Shown here: piece after piece, positions 1 to 12,046 of the stretch
Layout: each line of letters begins with the position of its first letter
Position numbering within the stretch: position 1 is the first letter of the stretch
Source of the DNA: Scenedesmus sp. PABB004
Taxonomy: Eukaryota
Assembly (NCBI GenBank): GCA_014905635.1
Contig: JABVCE010000015.1
Coordinates: 62,001-126,000 of the forward strand
Direction: 5' to 3'
DNA: 64,000 bases
Notes under the pieces: generated by a model
What the model was told of the DNA's origin: nothing
Seen by the model: only the letters and a program-made list of their open reading frames with translations
The model's database searches: none
Translations under genes and position numbers: made by a program

Positions 1-78
1 CCGCATCCCCCGGGCGGCGCCGGCGCCTCGCGTCGCGCGCGTCGCAGAGCTAGGCCGCCAGAGCGGGCAGCGCTGCCG

Positions 79-2000
79 CTAGACCTGCAGCGCGCGCAGG
101 CGCCCGCACGCGCGCAGCGCGGCGCGCCCCGCGTCTGTGAGCCCAGTGTAACGCAGGTCGAGGGCGGTCAGCGCCGACAGCGCCGCCGCGATCGCCGGCA
201 GGCTCTCGTCAGTGACCGCCCTGCGCGGCGCAGCAGCGGCGGCGCGGTCGGTGGCGGCACACGGCGGCGCGGCGGCGGCCGGCCCTGCAAGCCCGCGCCG
301 CACGCTGACGCCGCGTCGCGCTGTCAGCGCCGCCTCCTAAACCCTCACCGATTGTACTCGGCGGCCACGCTGCGCAGGGCGGTCAGGCGCGCGGCGAGGC
401 AGGCGAGCGAGGCGTCGTCCAGGCCGCACGCGCGCAGCTTCAGGCCGGTCAGCCGCGTCGCGGCGCACAGCTCGCGCGCCGCGGCGGGGCCGAGGCCGTG
501 CAGCGACAGCGAGAGCGACTCAAGCGCGGGCAACCCCGCGATGGCCCGCGCGACCGCGACGGCGCCGCGCTCGCCGGCGCCGCCGGGCTCGCCGGCGCCG
601 CCCGGCTCGCCGCCGCCGCCGGGCTCGCCGCCACCGCCGCGCTCGGGCGCGGCGCCGCGCAGCAGCGGCCAGGGGCCCGACGCCCAGAGCTGCAGCGAGC
701 GCAGGCGCGTGAGCGAGGCGAGCGCCGCGGCGAGCGCGTCCGGCGTGGCGTTGAGGAGATCGACGCGGGTGATGGTGAGGCCGGTCAGGCGCGTCAGGGC
801 TGACAGCGCGGCGAGCGTCGCCGGCGCGACGACCTCCCGCGACAGCGCGCCCGGCGCGAGGTCGAGCCGCCGCAGCGGCAGCTCCGGCCACGCTGCGCGC
901 GCGCAGGCGCGCGGGCGAGCGCGTGGGCGGGGCGTCAGCGCGGGGGCGAGTCGGCGCGAGCGGGCGGCGCCGGCCGCGCCGCGCGCCGGGGCGGCGCGGC
1001 GCCGCGCACCCGCCGCGGCCTCATTGAAGCCAGATTCGTAGCGCAGCGCCACGCTGGTCAGCTGCGTGAGCGCGCGCGCGAGGCGCTGCAGCCGGCGCGA
1101 GGGCACCGCCGACGCGGCGACGTCGAGCGAGCGCAGGCACGACAGCTCCACCAGGCGCTGCACCGACTGCACCTCCGCGACAGCGAGCGCCGCGAGCGCC
1201 GGCGGCAGCGCGTCGCCCGGCTGCAGCGGCACGCCGCGCGCCTCGAGGCGGGTGAGGCGCGGGAGGTGTGTGAGCTGCAGCCCGGGCGGGCAGCAGCCGA
1301 GCTCGAGATGGAGCAGCCCCGGCGGCAGGTGGCGCAGCCGCGCCGCGCTCACGACCGGCGACGCGGCGAGCGAGGTCAGCGCAGGCAGGCGCGCGACCGC
1401 GGGCAGCAGGTGCCCGCAGCACTCCGCGGGCAGGCTGCGCAGGCGCAGCTCCCGCAGCGCCGTCAGGCCGGCGAGCCCTGCCGCGGCGCCCGGCTGTGCC
1501 GCGAGCGAGGCAAGGCCCTCGTCTGCCAGCTCCAGCACAAGCGCCGTCAGGTGCACCGGCAGGGCGGCGAGCACCGCGCCCGCGTGGCTGGGCGGTGGCG
1601 GCGCGAGGCGCGCGCGCTGCTGCGACGGCGGCCTGGCCGGCGCGCCGCCGCTGCTCGCTCGCCCGCCCGCCCCGCCGGCGCCCTCGCCCGCCGTGCCCTG
1701 CTCCTCCGCCTCCTCCTCGCTGCCCTCCTCCAGGACCAGCTGCGGTGGCGCGGCCAGCGCAAGCTCGAGCCGTCGGCTCAGCAGGCCGCCGTGGGCGTGC
1801 AGCCACGCTGCCAGCGCCGCGGCGCGCGGCCCGTTGCTGCCGAGCCCCGTCACGCGCAGCGGCACCAGGCCGGCCGCCTTGGCCGCAACGAGGCCGCGCA
1901 GCTCCCGCGACGTGCAGAGCAGGCGGCACACGCCGCCCACGTCGCTGCACAGCGCGGGGTGCGCCACCACGACCGCCCACGCGGGGTGGGCATAGTCCAT
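79..2000 (-). CDS. Leucine-rich repeat protein (RNI/F-box-LRR-like), spliced
   Basis: ATG at 2000 (MDYAHPAW...). Many LxxLxL repeats: LTALRELRL, LPALTSLA, LTRLRSLQL, LTGLKLRACGLDD, LTALDLRYTGLTD. Introns near 890-1010 and 210-350. TAG at 79-81. Confidence 0.8.
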
Positions 2001-2124
2001 GGCGCGGCGCGGGGCTGCTGCCGCCGCCGCCGCTGCCGTTGCCGTTGCTGCTGCTGCTGCTGCCGCCGCCAGTCGCACGCCCCGCGCTGCGGCCACAGCG
2101 TCCAACCTGTGGTGCAAGGTGTGA

Positions 2125-2645
2125 CAGCAGCAGGCGGCGGGCAGGGGCGTCAGCAGCAACGACGCCTGCCGCAGGGCGGCGAGCGCGGCGCCGCGGCCGC
2201 GCGGAGCAAAGCAGCGCGCCCGCCTGCAGCCCCCCTGCCGCCCGCCGCCCGCCGCCCGCCCCACCGGCGCCAGGGGCGCTGCGTCGCCGCACCACGCACC
2301 GGATCAGGCGGGGGTTGAGGCACGCCGGCCAGCGCGCGGGGCGGCGCAGGCAGCGGCGGCGCTCGGCGCTGCGCGGCGCGCCCCGGCCGCAGGCGGTCGC
2401 TGGGCGTGGCGCCGACGACTCCCGGCGGTCAGGCCCGCTCAAAGGCAGCGTTGGCGCAAGGTGCAGGGCGCGCGGGCGCGGGGCCGGGCCGGGGCGGGGC
2501 CGCGGGGCGGCGGCGGTGCGCGCAGGCGGCGGCGGCTGCGGCGCGGGCGCCGGCCGGCGGCGCGGTGTGCGTGGACGGGCCACACGGGCGAGCTCACCAC
2601 CACCGGCGGTGCGGCGGCGGCGCAGGGGCGCCCGGAACCGCCGCG
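2125..2645 (-). repeat. Dispersed ~520 bp upstream element B (inverted copy of 12047-12572)
   Basis: Reverse-complement match to 12047-12572, e.g. GTGGACGGGCCACACGGGCGAGCTCACCACCACCGGCGGTGCGGCGG. A more diverged copy lies at ~29650-30056. Confidence 0.9.
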
Positions 2646-2802
2646 GCGCCAGCTCCTCGCGGCGAAGCGCGCACCCGCGGCGCCCTGTGACCAGGTGGCC
2701 GGCCCCGCTCCGCAGCCACCGTGTTGCTTGCCAGCGCATCTGCTCGACCTGCGGCCCCAGCGCGGCCCCCATCGCGCCGCCGCCGCCGCCCGCCCGCCCG
2801 GG

Positions 2803-4666
2803 TCACGCGCCGCGCCGCGCCGCCAGCAGCGCGCCGAGGTCGGCGAGGCTGAAGCGCTCCTCGCCGGCGTCGCCGATGCAGTCGTGCACGGCGTCGGCGC
2901 CCGAAAAGTCCTCGCCCGCCGTGTAGCTCGACTGCGTCACCACGCACGCCATGCCCGCGGCCTTGGCGGCCGCGAGGCCGATGCGCGAGTCCTCGACCAC
3001 CACGCACCTGCGCGCGGCGGTGCGGGCACGGCGGCGCGGGTGCGGCGGCAGGGCGGCACAGTGTGCCCCCGGCGCTGCAACGGCGCCCCCGCGCCAGGGC
3101 GGCGAGGCCCCAGCCCTCAGCAGCTGTCGCCATCCGCCCTGAACCCGGGAGCATTCCAAACACCCAGAACCCTGAACCCCGCGCCCGCACCGCGCGGGGT
3201 CGAGCCCGAGCTCCCGCGCAGCCAGCAGGTAGATGGCGGGGTCTGGCTTCTTGCGCGGCACGACGTCGCCCGCAAACACCCGCATCACGCCCGCGACGTC
3301 CTGCCCCAGCAGCACGCGCACAATCGTGGACACCGCGCGCTCGTTGGAGGTGGAGCACACCGCGACCGGCACGCCTGGCCCGCGGCGGCGCGCGCGCGCG
3401 GACGGCATGGCGGCGGTGAGGCCGAGGCGGCGAGGCGGCGCGGGCAGGCGGTGAGGCGACACGCACGCACATGCAGAGGACATGGGCACACGCGCACGCG
3501 CGCGCACACACAAGGCACACGCGCACGCGCGTGCACACACAACGCACACACGCACGCGCGCGCAAACACAACGCACACGCGCACGCGTGCGCAACCAAAG
3601 CGCACCCGCGTCGATCGCCTCGCGCACGAGCCGCGCCACGCCCGGGCGCAGCGGCATCGCGCCGCTCTCCACGCGGGCCATGAAGAGATCTGTCTTGAGC
3701 TTGTGCAGCTCCGCGACGAGCGCGGCGCGCGCGGCGGGGTCCTGCGGCGCGGCGCGCGGCGTGGGCGTCGGGGCGGGTGCAGCCGGGCCGGGCCGGGACG
3801 GCGGGGGCGAGGGACGGCGCCGCGGCGCAGGGCGGCGCGGCGGGCTGAACCCGGCACGGTGCGCGCCTTGGTGGACTTGAACGGCTCGCGGTCCTCCACG
3901 TCCTGCGCGGCGGCGGCGGCGGCGGCCCGCGCCGCCGCAGCGCTCCGCTCAACGCAGCCCAGCGCTCCAATGCAGGCCCTAGCGCTCCGTTCAGCCTGCG
4001 GCTCCCTCGCCGCGCACCGTGAAGTACTTGGTCATGCGCTCCTTGCCGCCCCCGATCTCCAGCAGCTCGCCGTACAGCTCCACACCCCACTCGTGGTCCA
4101 GGCCTGGCGGCGGGCGGCGCGGCGGGGCCCCGGCGGCGCGGCTGGGCGGCCCTGGGCCCGGCGAGCACGCGGGCCGACTGCGGCGCGGCTGAGCGGCCCC
4201 GCGCACCCTTCTGCTTGAAAGCGTCGTTGAATGAGACGCGGTGGCCGTCGCGCTCGGTGTCGCAGAGCACCTGCGGGCGCGCCGGCGGCGGCGGCAGCAG
4301 CGCCGGGTGCCGCGCTCGGCGCGCGAGCCCAGGCAGCGCACATTGAAGGCCCTGCGCTCTGGGGGCGTGCTACGTAGGCTGAGCGAGCCTCCCGACGCCG
4401 ACGTGCGCCGAGCTGGGCCGCCCTCGCGCGCTGGCAGGCCGGGCAACGCCGACCGCTGCTTCAACCTGCTGCTGCGCGGAGCTGGGCGGCCTACGCGCGT
4501 CCGGTCACAGAACGCGACCCACCCCATCGCAGTCGAAGAGCAGGCCCTCCGGCAGCGCCCGCGGCGGGGCGTGCGCGCGCCGGCGCTGCTGCGTGCGCGG
4601 TCGCGCCGCTGCCGCTGCGGGCGTCGCAGGCCCGAAGGCGCGCTGCCGCAGCGCCGCCCGCTGCAT
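2803..4666 (-). CDS. CBBY: CbbY-like HAD-superfamily phosphatase, probably chloroplast-targeted; multi-exon
   Basis: Exon fragments LLFDCDGV / LCDTERDGHRVSFNDAF / YGELLEIGGGKERMTKYF / KTDLFMARVESGAMPLRPGV / VAVCSTSNERAV..KKPDPAIY / CVVVEDSRIGLAAAKAAGM. N-terminus is Arg/Ala-rich and transit-peptide-like. Confidence 0.93.
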
Positions 4667-4795
4667 GCTGCCGGACTCGCGCGGCGGAAGGGAGTGGCAC
4701 CGGCCAGGACCGTCGTCGGCGCGACATCGAAATGCGCTCACGGCGCTCGGGGCGCAAGGGCTCAGCGGCGCGTCGGCGGCACGCGCGGCGCTGGT

Positions 4796-4800
4796 TTACA
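4796..4800 (-). promoter_or_regulatory. TGTAA polyadenylation signal
   Basis: TTACA on + strand ~200 nt downstream of the stop at 5000; TGTAA is the established chlorophyte signal. Confidence 0.5.
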
Positions 4801-4999
4801 ACAGTGCTTGCTTTCATTGTGCTGGCTGGTGGTACACTCGCGCGCTCGCTCCCCGCTCGCAAGTGCAGCGGCTCGCGTTCGCACGCCGCTCGCCCCCGAG
4901 CCGCGCGCGCCGGCCGCGGCGGCGCGGCGTTGATTGGCCCGCACCCGGGCGGCGCTCAGGGCTGTTGGTACACCGTTGGTACACCACGCGCGGCGAGGC

Positions 5000-6232
5000 T
5001 CAGCACTGCGAGCTGCGGTGGGGCGCAAACACGTGCCACTGCCGCTCCACGCGGTCCACGATGCCGCCGCCGCCCACGATCGCGCCCCACAGCGCCTCCT
5101 CGGCGGGCGGGACGCCCCAGAGCAGCGGCAGGACGACCGTGAGCGTCAGCTGCTCGCACAGGCCGCTCGCGAGGCGACGCTGCGGGCGGCGCGCGGCGCG
5201 CGGCGGGCGCGGGGTCGCGCGGGCCCTGCGCCGCGCGCGGGCCCTGCGGCGCGGCAGGCCGGGCGCGCGCGCGCTGTGCGCGCTGCTCGCCCCCCGCGCG
5301 CACCTCCTGCTCCAGCACCTCGCCGCCGCGCGCGGTGACCGTCTCCTCAACTGCCTCGTGCAGCAGGTCGACGGACTGGCAGAAACCCACATAGCGGATG
5401 CGGCGACTCGGATCGCGCGCGTTCCACGCCGCGACCTGGCGGCGGCGCGCGGCGCAGCGCGGGCGGGCGGGGCGTGGTGCGAGGGCGGCGCACGCGAGCG
5501 TGCGAGGGCGGCGCGCGCGCGCGTGCGAGGGCGGAGCCCGCGGCGCGGGGGAGCGCGCGCGTGCGCGCACGCGTGCAGCGGCTGCACGCGGCCCGGCGGC
5601 GCGGCGCACTCGGAAGATCTGGCCGATGCACCTGCGGCGCCGCCGAGCCCGGGCGGCAGCGGCGGCAGCGTCAGGGCGCGGCGGGAGGCGCCTGCCGGCG
5701 GGGCAGCGGCGGCGGCGGCGCCACCGCCCCCCCCCCCCCCCCCCCCCCCCCCCTTGAGCTGCCAAACTCACAGCGCCTGCTCGTCCCAGCTCGGCATCGG
5801 GGCCGACCGCGCGCCGCGCCGGCGGCGGGGCGGCGCGGCGAGCTCGCGCCCCGGGAACGTGACGACGCCCTCGGAGGTGATGAAGGTGATGGTCTCCTGC
5901 ACACTGCTGCGCGCCGGCGGCGCGTCGTCGTCGCCGGCGCGCAGCAGCGCCTGGCGGGGCAGAGCGCGGCGGCGGGGCGTGCACGGCGGGCGTGGGCGAG
6001 CCGCCGCGTGCCCAGCGTGGCCGGGCGGAGCTTCACCCCCGGCTGCTGCGGCCCCCAGGTGCACCTGGGCGTGAGAGCAGCGCCAGGCAGCAGCAGCAGC
6101 AGCAGCGCAAACCTTGCAGCCTGCTCCTCGCCGGCTGCCCGCTGAACGACCCCCAGCTCGCGGCAACGGCAGCACGCCGGAGCTGCTGGCGCAGCGGTGC
6201 TGCAGGCGCGAGCTGCGCTGCGCCAGCGCCAT
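5000..6232 (-). CDS. Conserved plant/algal hypothetical protein (resembles the Arabidopsis At3g19900-type family), possibly plastid-targeted
   Basis: Exons RIRYVGFCQSVDLLHEAVEETVTARGGEVLEQE and EQLTLTVVLPLLWGVPPAEEALWGAIVGGGGIVDRVERQW, recognised from memory as a conserved plant family. Start position uncertain. Confidence 0.7.
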
Positions 6233-6732
6233 TCGTTCGTGCGCGCGGGCGGGCTAGCCCGCGCTCAGCAACTGCCGCGGTACCGGCCGTGCGTCGTCGC
6301 GGATCTGCCGGGTGCGGGGGCAGGGCGGGCTGCAGGCGGCGGCGGTCTGGGCAAACCGCCGCGGCGGCGTTTGCGAACAGCGTCGTCGTCCTTGATTCCA
6401 CACCAGCCCGTCCGGAAGAGCTCGCCGCCTGGATCAAACAGCGCTTGCACAGACACCCCCCCCCCCAGCCCGATCGCGCCCGGCGCCCCCCCCCCCCCCT
6501 TCGGTCACGTGCGCACGCCGCGCGGCGCACCGCAGCTGCACGCGCTGCGCGGCGCGCGCCGCCGCAGCAGCAGCGCCGACGGGCGCGGCTGCTGCGCGGC
6601 GCGGCCACGGGCGCGGCGTGGCGCCCACAGTTGGTCAAGTCAGTGCGCGCCAGACACAAGAGCCCGCCCGCCGGTCTCCGCGCGCGCGCGCTCGTCGCAG
6701 CGCCGCGCCCGCCGCCGCCCAGACACGGGCGC

Positions 6733-8405
6733 TCACTCGTCCTCATCGTACTCGGAGGGGCCGTGCAGGGCCGCGGTCAGGCGCGCCACGCCGGCGGCGG
6801 CCGCGCGCCGGCTGCTGCGGCGCGTGGGCTGCACCTCGGGCCGGGAGGGCGGGGCCCACTGCGCGCGGCGCACGCGGGGGCGGCGCGGCGCGCGGGCGTC
6901 AGCACCCGCTCAACGCCCGGCCGTCCGTCCGCGCGCGCGGGGAGCGCAGGCCCGGCGTCGGCGCGCGCGCGCGCGCGCGCGGCCCCGACGCTTGCGCAGC
7001 CCCGCAGCGGCGCCGCACCGTGGTGCCCCGGGGCGCCTCGTCCGGGTACTCGTCGTCGCTGTCGCTGCCCTTCTTGCTGGAGCGGCGCTTCTTCTGCTGC
7101 TGCGCGGCGGCGCCGTAGCCGGCGGCCTCGGCGTTGCGCTTGGCGGCGGCCGCCGCCGCGGCGGCCTGCTGCTGCTGCAGGAACGCGGCCTGCTGCATCT
7201 GCAGCGCAAACGCCTGCTGCTGCTGCATGAGCGCGGCCTGCTGCATCGCCGCCTGCATCGCCGCGGCGGCCTGGGGGTTGGCGCCGGCGGGGACGAGGCC
7301 CGCCATCATGGGCGCGGGCGCGGCCGCCGCCGCGGGCGCGGGGCGGGCGCCGCCACGGGCGCGGGCGCCGGCACGGGCGCGGGCGCCGGCACGGGGGCGG
7401 GCGCCGGCGCGGCGGGCTCCTCGGCCTTTGCCGGCTCCTCGGCCGCGGGCGCGGGCGCCTCCTCAGCGGCGGGCGCCTCCTCGGCGGCGGGCGCCTCCTC
7501 CTCCTCCTCGGCGGCGGGCGCCTCCTCCTCGGCTGGCTCGGCCTCGGCGGCCGGCTCCTCCGCGGCGGGCTCGGGCGCAGCGGGCTCCGCGGGCGCCGCC
7601 TCCTCCGCGGCGGGCGCGGCCTGCGCGCGCGCGCGCGCGCGCGGCGAGCGGCGCGCAGTGAGCGGCGCGGGGGGCGGAAGCCGCGGCGCCGGGGGCCCGC
7701 TGCCTCGCGCCGCGCCGGGCCCGTGGCGCAGCGCTCGTAATCCGCTCACCGCCGGCGCGAGCGCAGCCTTGACCTTCTCCTGGTCCTCCGGCTTCAGCTC
7801 GCCGAGGCCCGACAGCGCGTCGGCGCCGCCGATCGCCGCGAGCGCGTCGGCGGGCGCGGCGTCCCTGCGGCGGCGGCGGCGCCGGGGCAGCGGTCGGCCG
7901 CGCGGCCGCGGCGCGCGTGCCCATGCGCGCGTCGGCGGGCGCCCAAGCGCGGCTCGGCGCGCCCTGGGCCTCACCAGGCCTGCCACTTGGTCTCGCCGGC
8001 CTCCGTGGTGCCGAGCTTGAGCGCGCCTGTGGCGGCAGCGGCGGCGGCGCGCTCAACAACGCGGTGGTTGCGGCCCCCAGGGGCCGCTGGCGGGCGCCCG
8101 CGGCCGTGGGGCGGCGTTCTGGCGGCCCCCGCCGCGTCGGCGCGGGCCGGCGGGCGGGCGCGGCGCGGTGGCGCGCCCGGGCGGCGTGCCCCGCGATGGC
8201 CCGCCCCGGCGCTCACCCTCGGCCACGCCCTCCTCGCCGGCGCTGCGGATTCGGCGCGGGCGCAGCGCGGGCGGGGTATGGGGCAAGGCGGCGGGGCGAG
8301 CCGCGCCCGCCGCGAGCGCGGGGCGCCCGCCACAGCGCGCCGCGCGCGGCGCGCGAGCCAGGCGCCGTGCGCTCACCCAGCGTAGGCAACTGCGTAGGTA
8401 GCCAT
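6733..8405 (-). CDS. Protein with a degenerate PARP-type zinc-finger-like N-terminus, an Ala/Glu/Pro linker, a Gln-rich region and a basic NLS-like motif
   Basis: Spliced N-terminus MATYAVAYAGAGEEGVAEGALKLGTTEAGETKWQAWDA...LSGLGELKPEDQEKVKAAL, followed by APAAEE repeats, QQAALMQQQQ, KKRRSSKK. Ends PSEYDEDE-TGA. Confidence 0.7.
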
Positions 8406-8623
8406 GATTCGCGTGCCCGCGCGCCTCGGGGCGGCCTGGGCGCGGAGTTTGGTCGGGGGCCGCTCTGCAGCAGCAAGCGAGGGAGGGCGGCGTTGGGCCT
8501 CTGCTGACAGGGCAGCACACGGGAGGCCGCGGGGGCGCCGGCGGTGAGACGCGGGCCGGGGCACAGGAGCTGCGCAGGCCACGGTGGCCCGCGCGGCCCT
8601 GATCGCGCTCCTCTGGACGCTCA

Positions 8624-8628
8624 TTACA
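8624..8628 (-). promoter_or_regulatory. TGTAA polyadenylation signal of HCF164
   Basis: TTACA on + strand ~270 nt downstream of the HCF164 stop. Confidence 0.5.
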
Positions 8629-8892
8629 CAACGAAAGTGATCGCTCCCGAACCCAGCGCCGCGGCGCAGGGCGCCAGCCCTCGACGACGCGCATCATCGG
8701 CCCCGCCTGGCGCCGCGCTGGGCCTCCAGCTCGCGCCAGTGGCTGGGGCGCCGGCTGACGGGCAGTGCTCGCGCTGGCGCCGGTCAGCGGAGGCGGAACG
8801 GGCCGTGGATTCAAATCGGCGCGCGCAAGCAAAACGGTCGCCGCTGCCGCTGCCGCTGCCGCCGTGGCCGCCCGCCGCCGGTCCCTCCTCCC

Positions 8893-10185
8893 TCAGCCGT
8901 GCGCCCGCGGCGCCGGCACGCCGGAGGGCGACTGCTGCTGCCCCGCCAGCATGCTGCCGCTCGGCGCCAGCGACGACGTCTGCCCCCGCACCGCCGCAAA
9001 CGGCAGCGACGCCTCGCCCGCCGCGAGCGCCGCGACGTTGCCTGCGGCGCGCCGCGCGCGCGGCGGGTCCGGTCACGCCGCGCGCGCCCCCGCGCGCGTG
9101 CGCACACCCCGCGCGAACACTCCGGCGGCCCGCGCGCGCGCCGCGCGCGCGCCGCCGCGCGCTCACCCTGCAGCACCTCGCGCGGCAGCCGCCCGACCGC
9201 GGCCGCGAGCGGCGCGCCCCGCCCGTCCATAAAGACAAAGTGGGGGATGCCGGCCACGCCGTACTCGGCCAGCTCGGGCGCCCAGCGCCCGTTGTCGACG
9301 TTGAGCATCACAAAGTTGACCTGCGGCGCGGTTGACACGAACGCGTGGTCGCGGTCCAAACCGCGGCGCGGTTTTGGTTGGCCGCCCGCGCGGCCGCGCG
9401 CGCAAGTCAGCTGTGGCACTCGCTGCTTGAGAGAGAGAGTGCTGTTGCGCGAGACTGGCCGCCTCGGTGAGGCAGGCTCTGCCGGCGGCGGGGCTGAGCG
9501 CGGCGCCGCGCAGCCGCGAGGCAGCCGGCACGCGCGCGCGCGCACCTTGTCCTTGTACTGCTGCTCCACCTCGTACTCCGCCGGCACGAGCTCGCGGCAC
9601 ACCTCGCACCTGCGGCGCGGGGCGCAGCGGCGCGGCGGTGGCGCCGGGCCGCCCGCGCCGCGACGCCGGCCGCGCAGTGCGCCCGCCGCCGCCGCGTCCG
9701 GCGTGCGGCGCCCGGCGGTCAGCGGCTGACGCCGTGCCCCCTCCCCCTTCAGCACACACACACCAGTTGGCGTAAAACTCGACCACCGTCGGCCGGCCGT
9801 TGCGCAGCGCAGCGTCGAGCGGCACCGCGCCCTGCTCCAGCGCCGCCATGCTCGGCCCGCCGCCGAGCAGGCGCGTCGCGAGGAAGAGCGCGGCGCCCGC
9901 CGCCGCCGCGCCGCCGGCGAGGCCCGCGTTGCCGCCGCCGGCGCCCGGCGGCGCGGGCTGCGGCTGCTCCGCCGGCGCGGGCTGCCCGCCGCCGCTGGCC
10001 GCTGCCTGCGGCGCTGCTTGCGGCGCCGCCGCCGGCTGCTGCTCGCTGCTGCTGCTGCCCGCCGACCGCGCCCGCACGCCGCGGGCGCAGTCGGCGGCAA
10101 GCGTGCGAGCGCGCGCGGCAGCGGCGGCCGCGCGGGCTCGCTGCGGGCGACCGGGTTGCGCAAGCACGCCGCGTGGCGCGTGCAT
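8893..10185 (-). CDS. HCF164: Thylakoid thioredoxin-like protein HCF164
   Basis: Transit peptide plus TM segment, then [23 protein letters not shown] (WCEVC active site across an intron) and [39 protein letters not shown]. Confidence 0.92.
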
Positions 10186-10699
10186 GGCGTCCACGTGGTC
10201 ACGCGGGGGCCGGCTGCGCGCCGCGGCGTGCGCGCCAGGCGCGGGGGGCCGGGCGGAAAGCATTCTGCTTCAGCGTCTGGCGCCGGACGCGCGCGCTGCA
10301 GCGGACGTGGCGGCGCGTTGTGCGTGTCCGGCAGGGCGGTGCGTCCCCAGCGGCAGGCGCGCACGCCTTCGTGCGCTCAATGCGCGGCAGCTCCTCGGCC
10401 GCGAGACAGCAGGGCCCACGCCGGTGTTCTGCGCGGGTGTCGCTCTGCAACACTCGTCAGCTGCCGCACGTCGTCACCCGCGCCCAGCCGCGGCCGCTGG
10501 CCCAGTGCACGCCTCTGCGGCAGCCGCGCGCCGCTGCAACCACTTCGTCTGCTGCCGCCCGCCCGGCGGCGCAGCCCGCAGCCCGCAGCCCTCAGCCCCA
10601 GCGCGCCCCCTCGCCCAGGGGGCTCCTCCGGCGCCGCCCCCGCCGCCGCCCGTGTGCCGCCGCGCCGCCCGACGGGCGCTGCAGCGCGTGCCCGCCGCG

Positions 10700-11572
10700 A
10701 TGGTGCGCTCCATCCTGCTGCGCCCCTGGGACTTCCTGTGCGTGCTGTGGTTCGCGACGCACATCCCCATCACCATCCTGCTGGACTCGCAGTCGGGTGC
10801 GCGCGCGGCCGCCGCCGCGCCGGCGGCGCGCGGCCGGCGCGCAGGCGGGCCTTGCGCGGCGCGTCCTCACACCGCGCGCGCACGTGCACACCCCGCTGCG
10901 CCTGCCGCGCAGTCCTGCCGCCACACCTGCTGGCCCTGGTGCCGCACCAGCTGCGCGACCTGCTGCAGTGGCACATCCGGACCAACGGCGACCACCTGGT
11001 CCGGCGCTCCCCGCCGCGCTCGCGCGCGGCCGCCGCGGCGCCGCGCCGCGCCCACGCACCCGCGCCCAAGCGCCCGCCCGCCTGCCGCCGACGCGCCGCG
11101 CAGGTGCGGGACAACCCGGTGTGGTTTGTCGCGTTTGTGTGGTGCGAGCTGGCGCTGCAGCTGCCCTTTTTCTTCGTCGCGATCTACGCCTACGTCACAG
11201 GCGCGCCGCGGCCGCCGCCGCAGCGAAGCCGCCGCGGCCGCGACCGCCTTGCCGCGCCGCCCCAGAGGCCGCCGCGCCGGCCGCGGCCGTGTGACCGCGC
11301 CGCGCACGCCGCGCCGCCGCGCCGCCGCGCCGCGCCGGGCCGCAGGCGCCAACTGGGTGCGCGTGCCCGCGATCGCGTACGGCGTGCACGCGGCGACGAC
11401 GGTCGTGCCGATGCTGGCCGACATCTGGGCCGGCGCGGGGGCGGGCAACCCGCAGCGCGAGGCGCTCGGCCTCATCTACGCTGCATACCTCGCCTTTCCG
11501 CTGCTCATTGCCGCAAGCATGGCCGCGAGCCGCGTGCCCTTCCCGGCCGACCGCAAGAAGAAGGCCGCGTGA
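10700..11572 (+). CDS. TMEM97: EXPERA-domain ER membrane protein (TMEM97/sigma-2 receptor-like), 4 exons
   Basis: DFLCVLWFATHIPITILLDSQ / LRDLLQWHIRTNGDHL / PVWFVAFVWCELALQLPFF / YGVHAATTVVP..YLAFPLL. C-terminal KKKAA ER-retrieval-like motif. Confidence 0.88.
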   Translation: MVRSILLRPWDFLCVLWFATHIPITILLDSQSGARAAAAAPAARGRRAGGPCAARPHTARARAHPAAPAAQSCRHTCWPWCRTSCATCCSGTSGPTATTWSGAPRRARARPPRRRAAPTHPRPSARPPAADAPRRCGTTRCGLSRLCGASWRCSCPFSSSRSTPTSQARRGRRRSEAAAAATALPRRPRGRRAGRGRVTAPRTPRRRAAAPRRAAGANWVRVPAIAYGVHAATTVVPMLADIWAGAGAGNPQREALGLIYAAYLAFPLLIAASMAASRVPFPADRKKKAA

Positions 11573-11851
11573 GCGAAGAAGGTGGTGGAGCGAGCCGCGG
11601 CGGTGGCGGGTGCGCGCGCGCCGCGACCACGCCCGCGCGCTGAGCAGGGGGGACCTCCCCGCCGCGCCCGAGGCGGCGGGGGGCGCGCGGCGCGGCGGCG
11701 CCGGGAGCGCGGCGGCGGCGACGCTGGGGCGCGGGCGCGCGCCGGCGGGCGGGGCGGCCGCGGCGAGCTGGCGGGGCCCGGCGCCGCGCCACCTCGCCCT
11801 GGCGCCGCCTCCCCACCCGCTGGCCGGGGCTGGTGTGACCGCGTGCAGCGT

Positions 11852-12000
11852 GCGCCGCAGACGCGGCCTCGGCGCCGCCCGGCCGCCAGCGCGCACCGCC
11901 GCCCGGAGCGGGCAGGGCGCCTCTTGCGCGCCCCTGACATCAGGCTGGCTGGAGCAGCAGCTGCCAGCAGCGCCGGCCCGCCCGGCAGGCCGCGCGCTGG
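11852..12000 (+). repeat. Dispersed ~150 bp element A (other copies inverted at 19756-19903 and 21746-21880)
   Basis: Core CTCTTGCGCGCCCCTGACATCAGGCTGGCTGGAGCAGCAGC. Reverse-complement variants lie at 19793-19835 and 21785-21815. Confidence 0.8.
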
Positions 12001-12046
12001 TGACAGAGCACGCAGAGCACGCAGCGCGGCGCGCCTGGGCGTCAGA

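Noticed and set aside
2660..2772. Extra terminal exon for CbbY (VEQMRWQATRW...)
   Set aside because: CbbY homology is already complete at the TGA at 2803; no support for an extension.
4964..4985. 11-bp tandem GTTGGTACACC as a target-site duplication
   Set aside because: No element or paralog for comparison; simple slippage explains it equally well.
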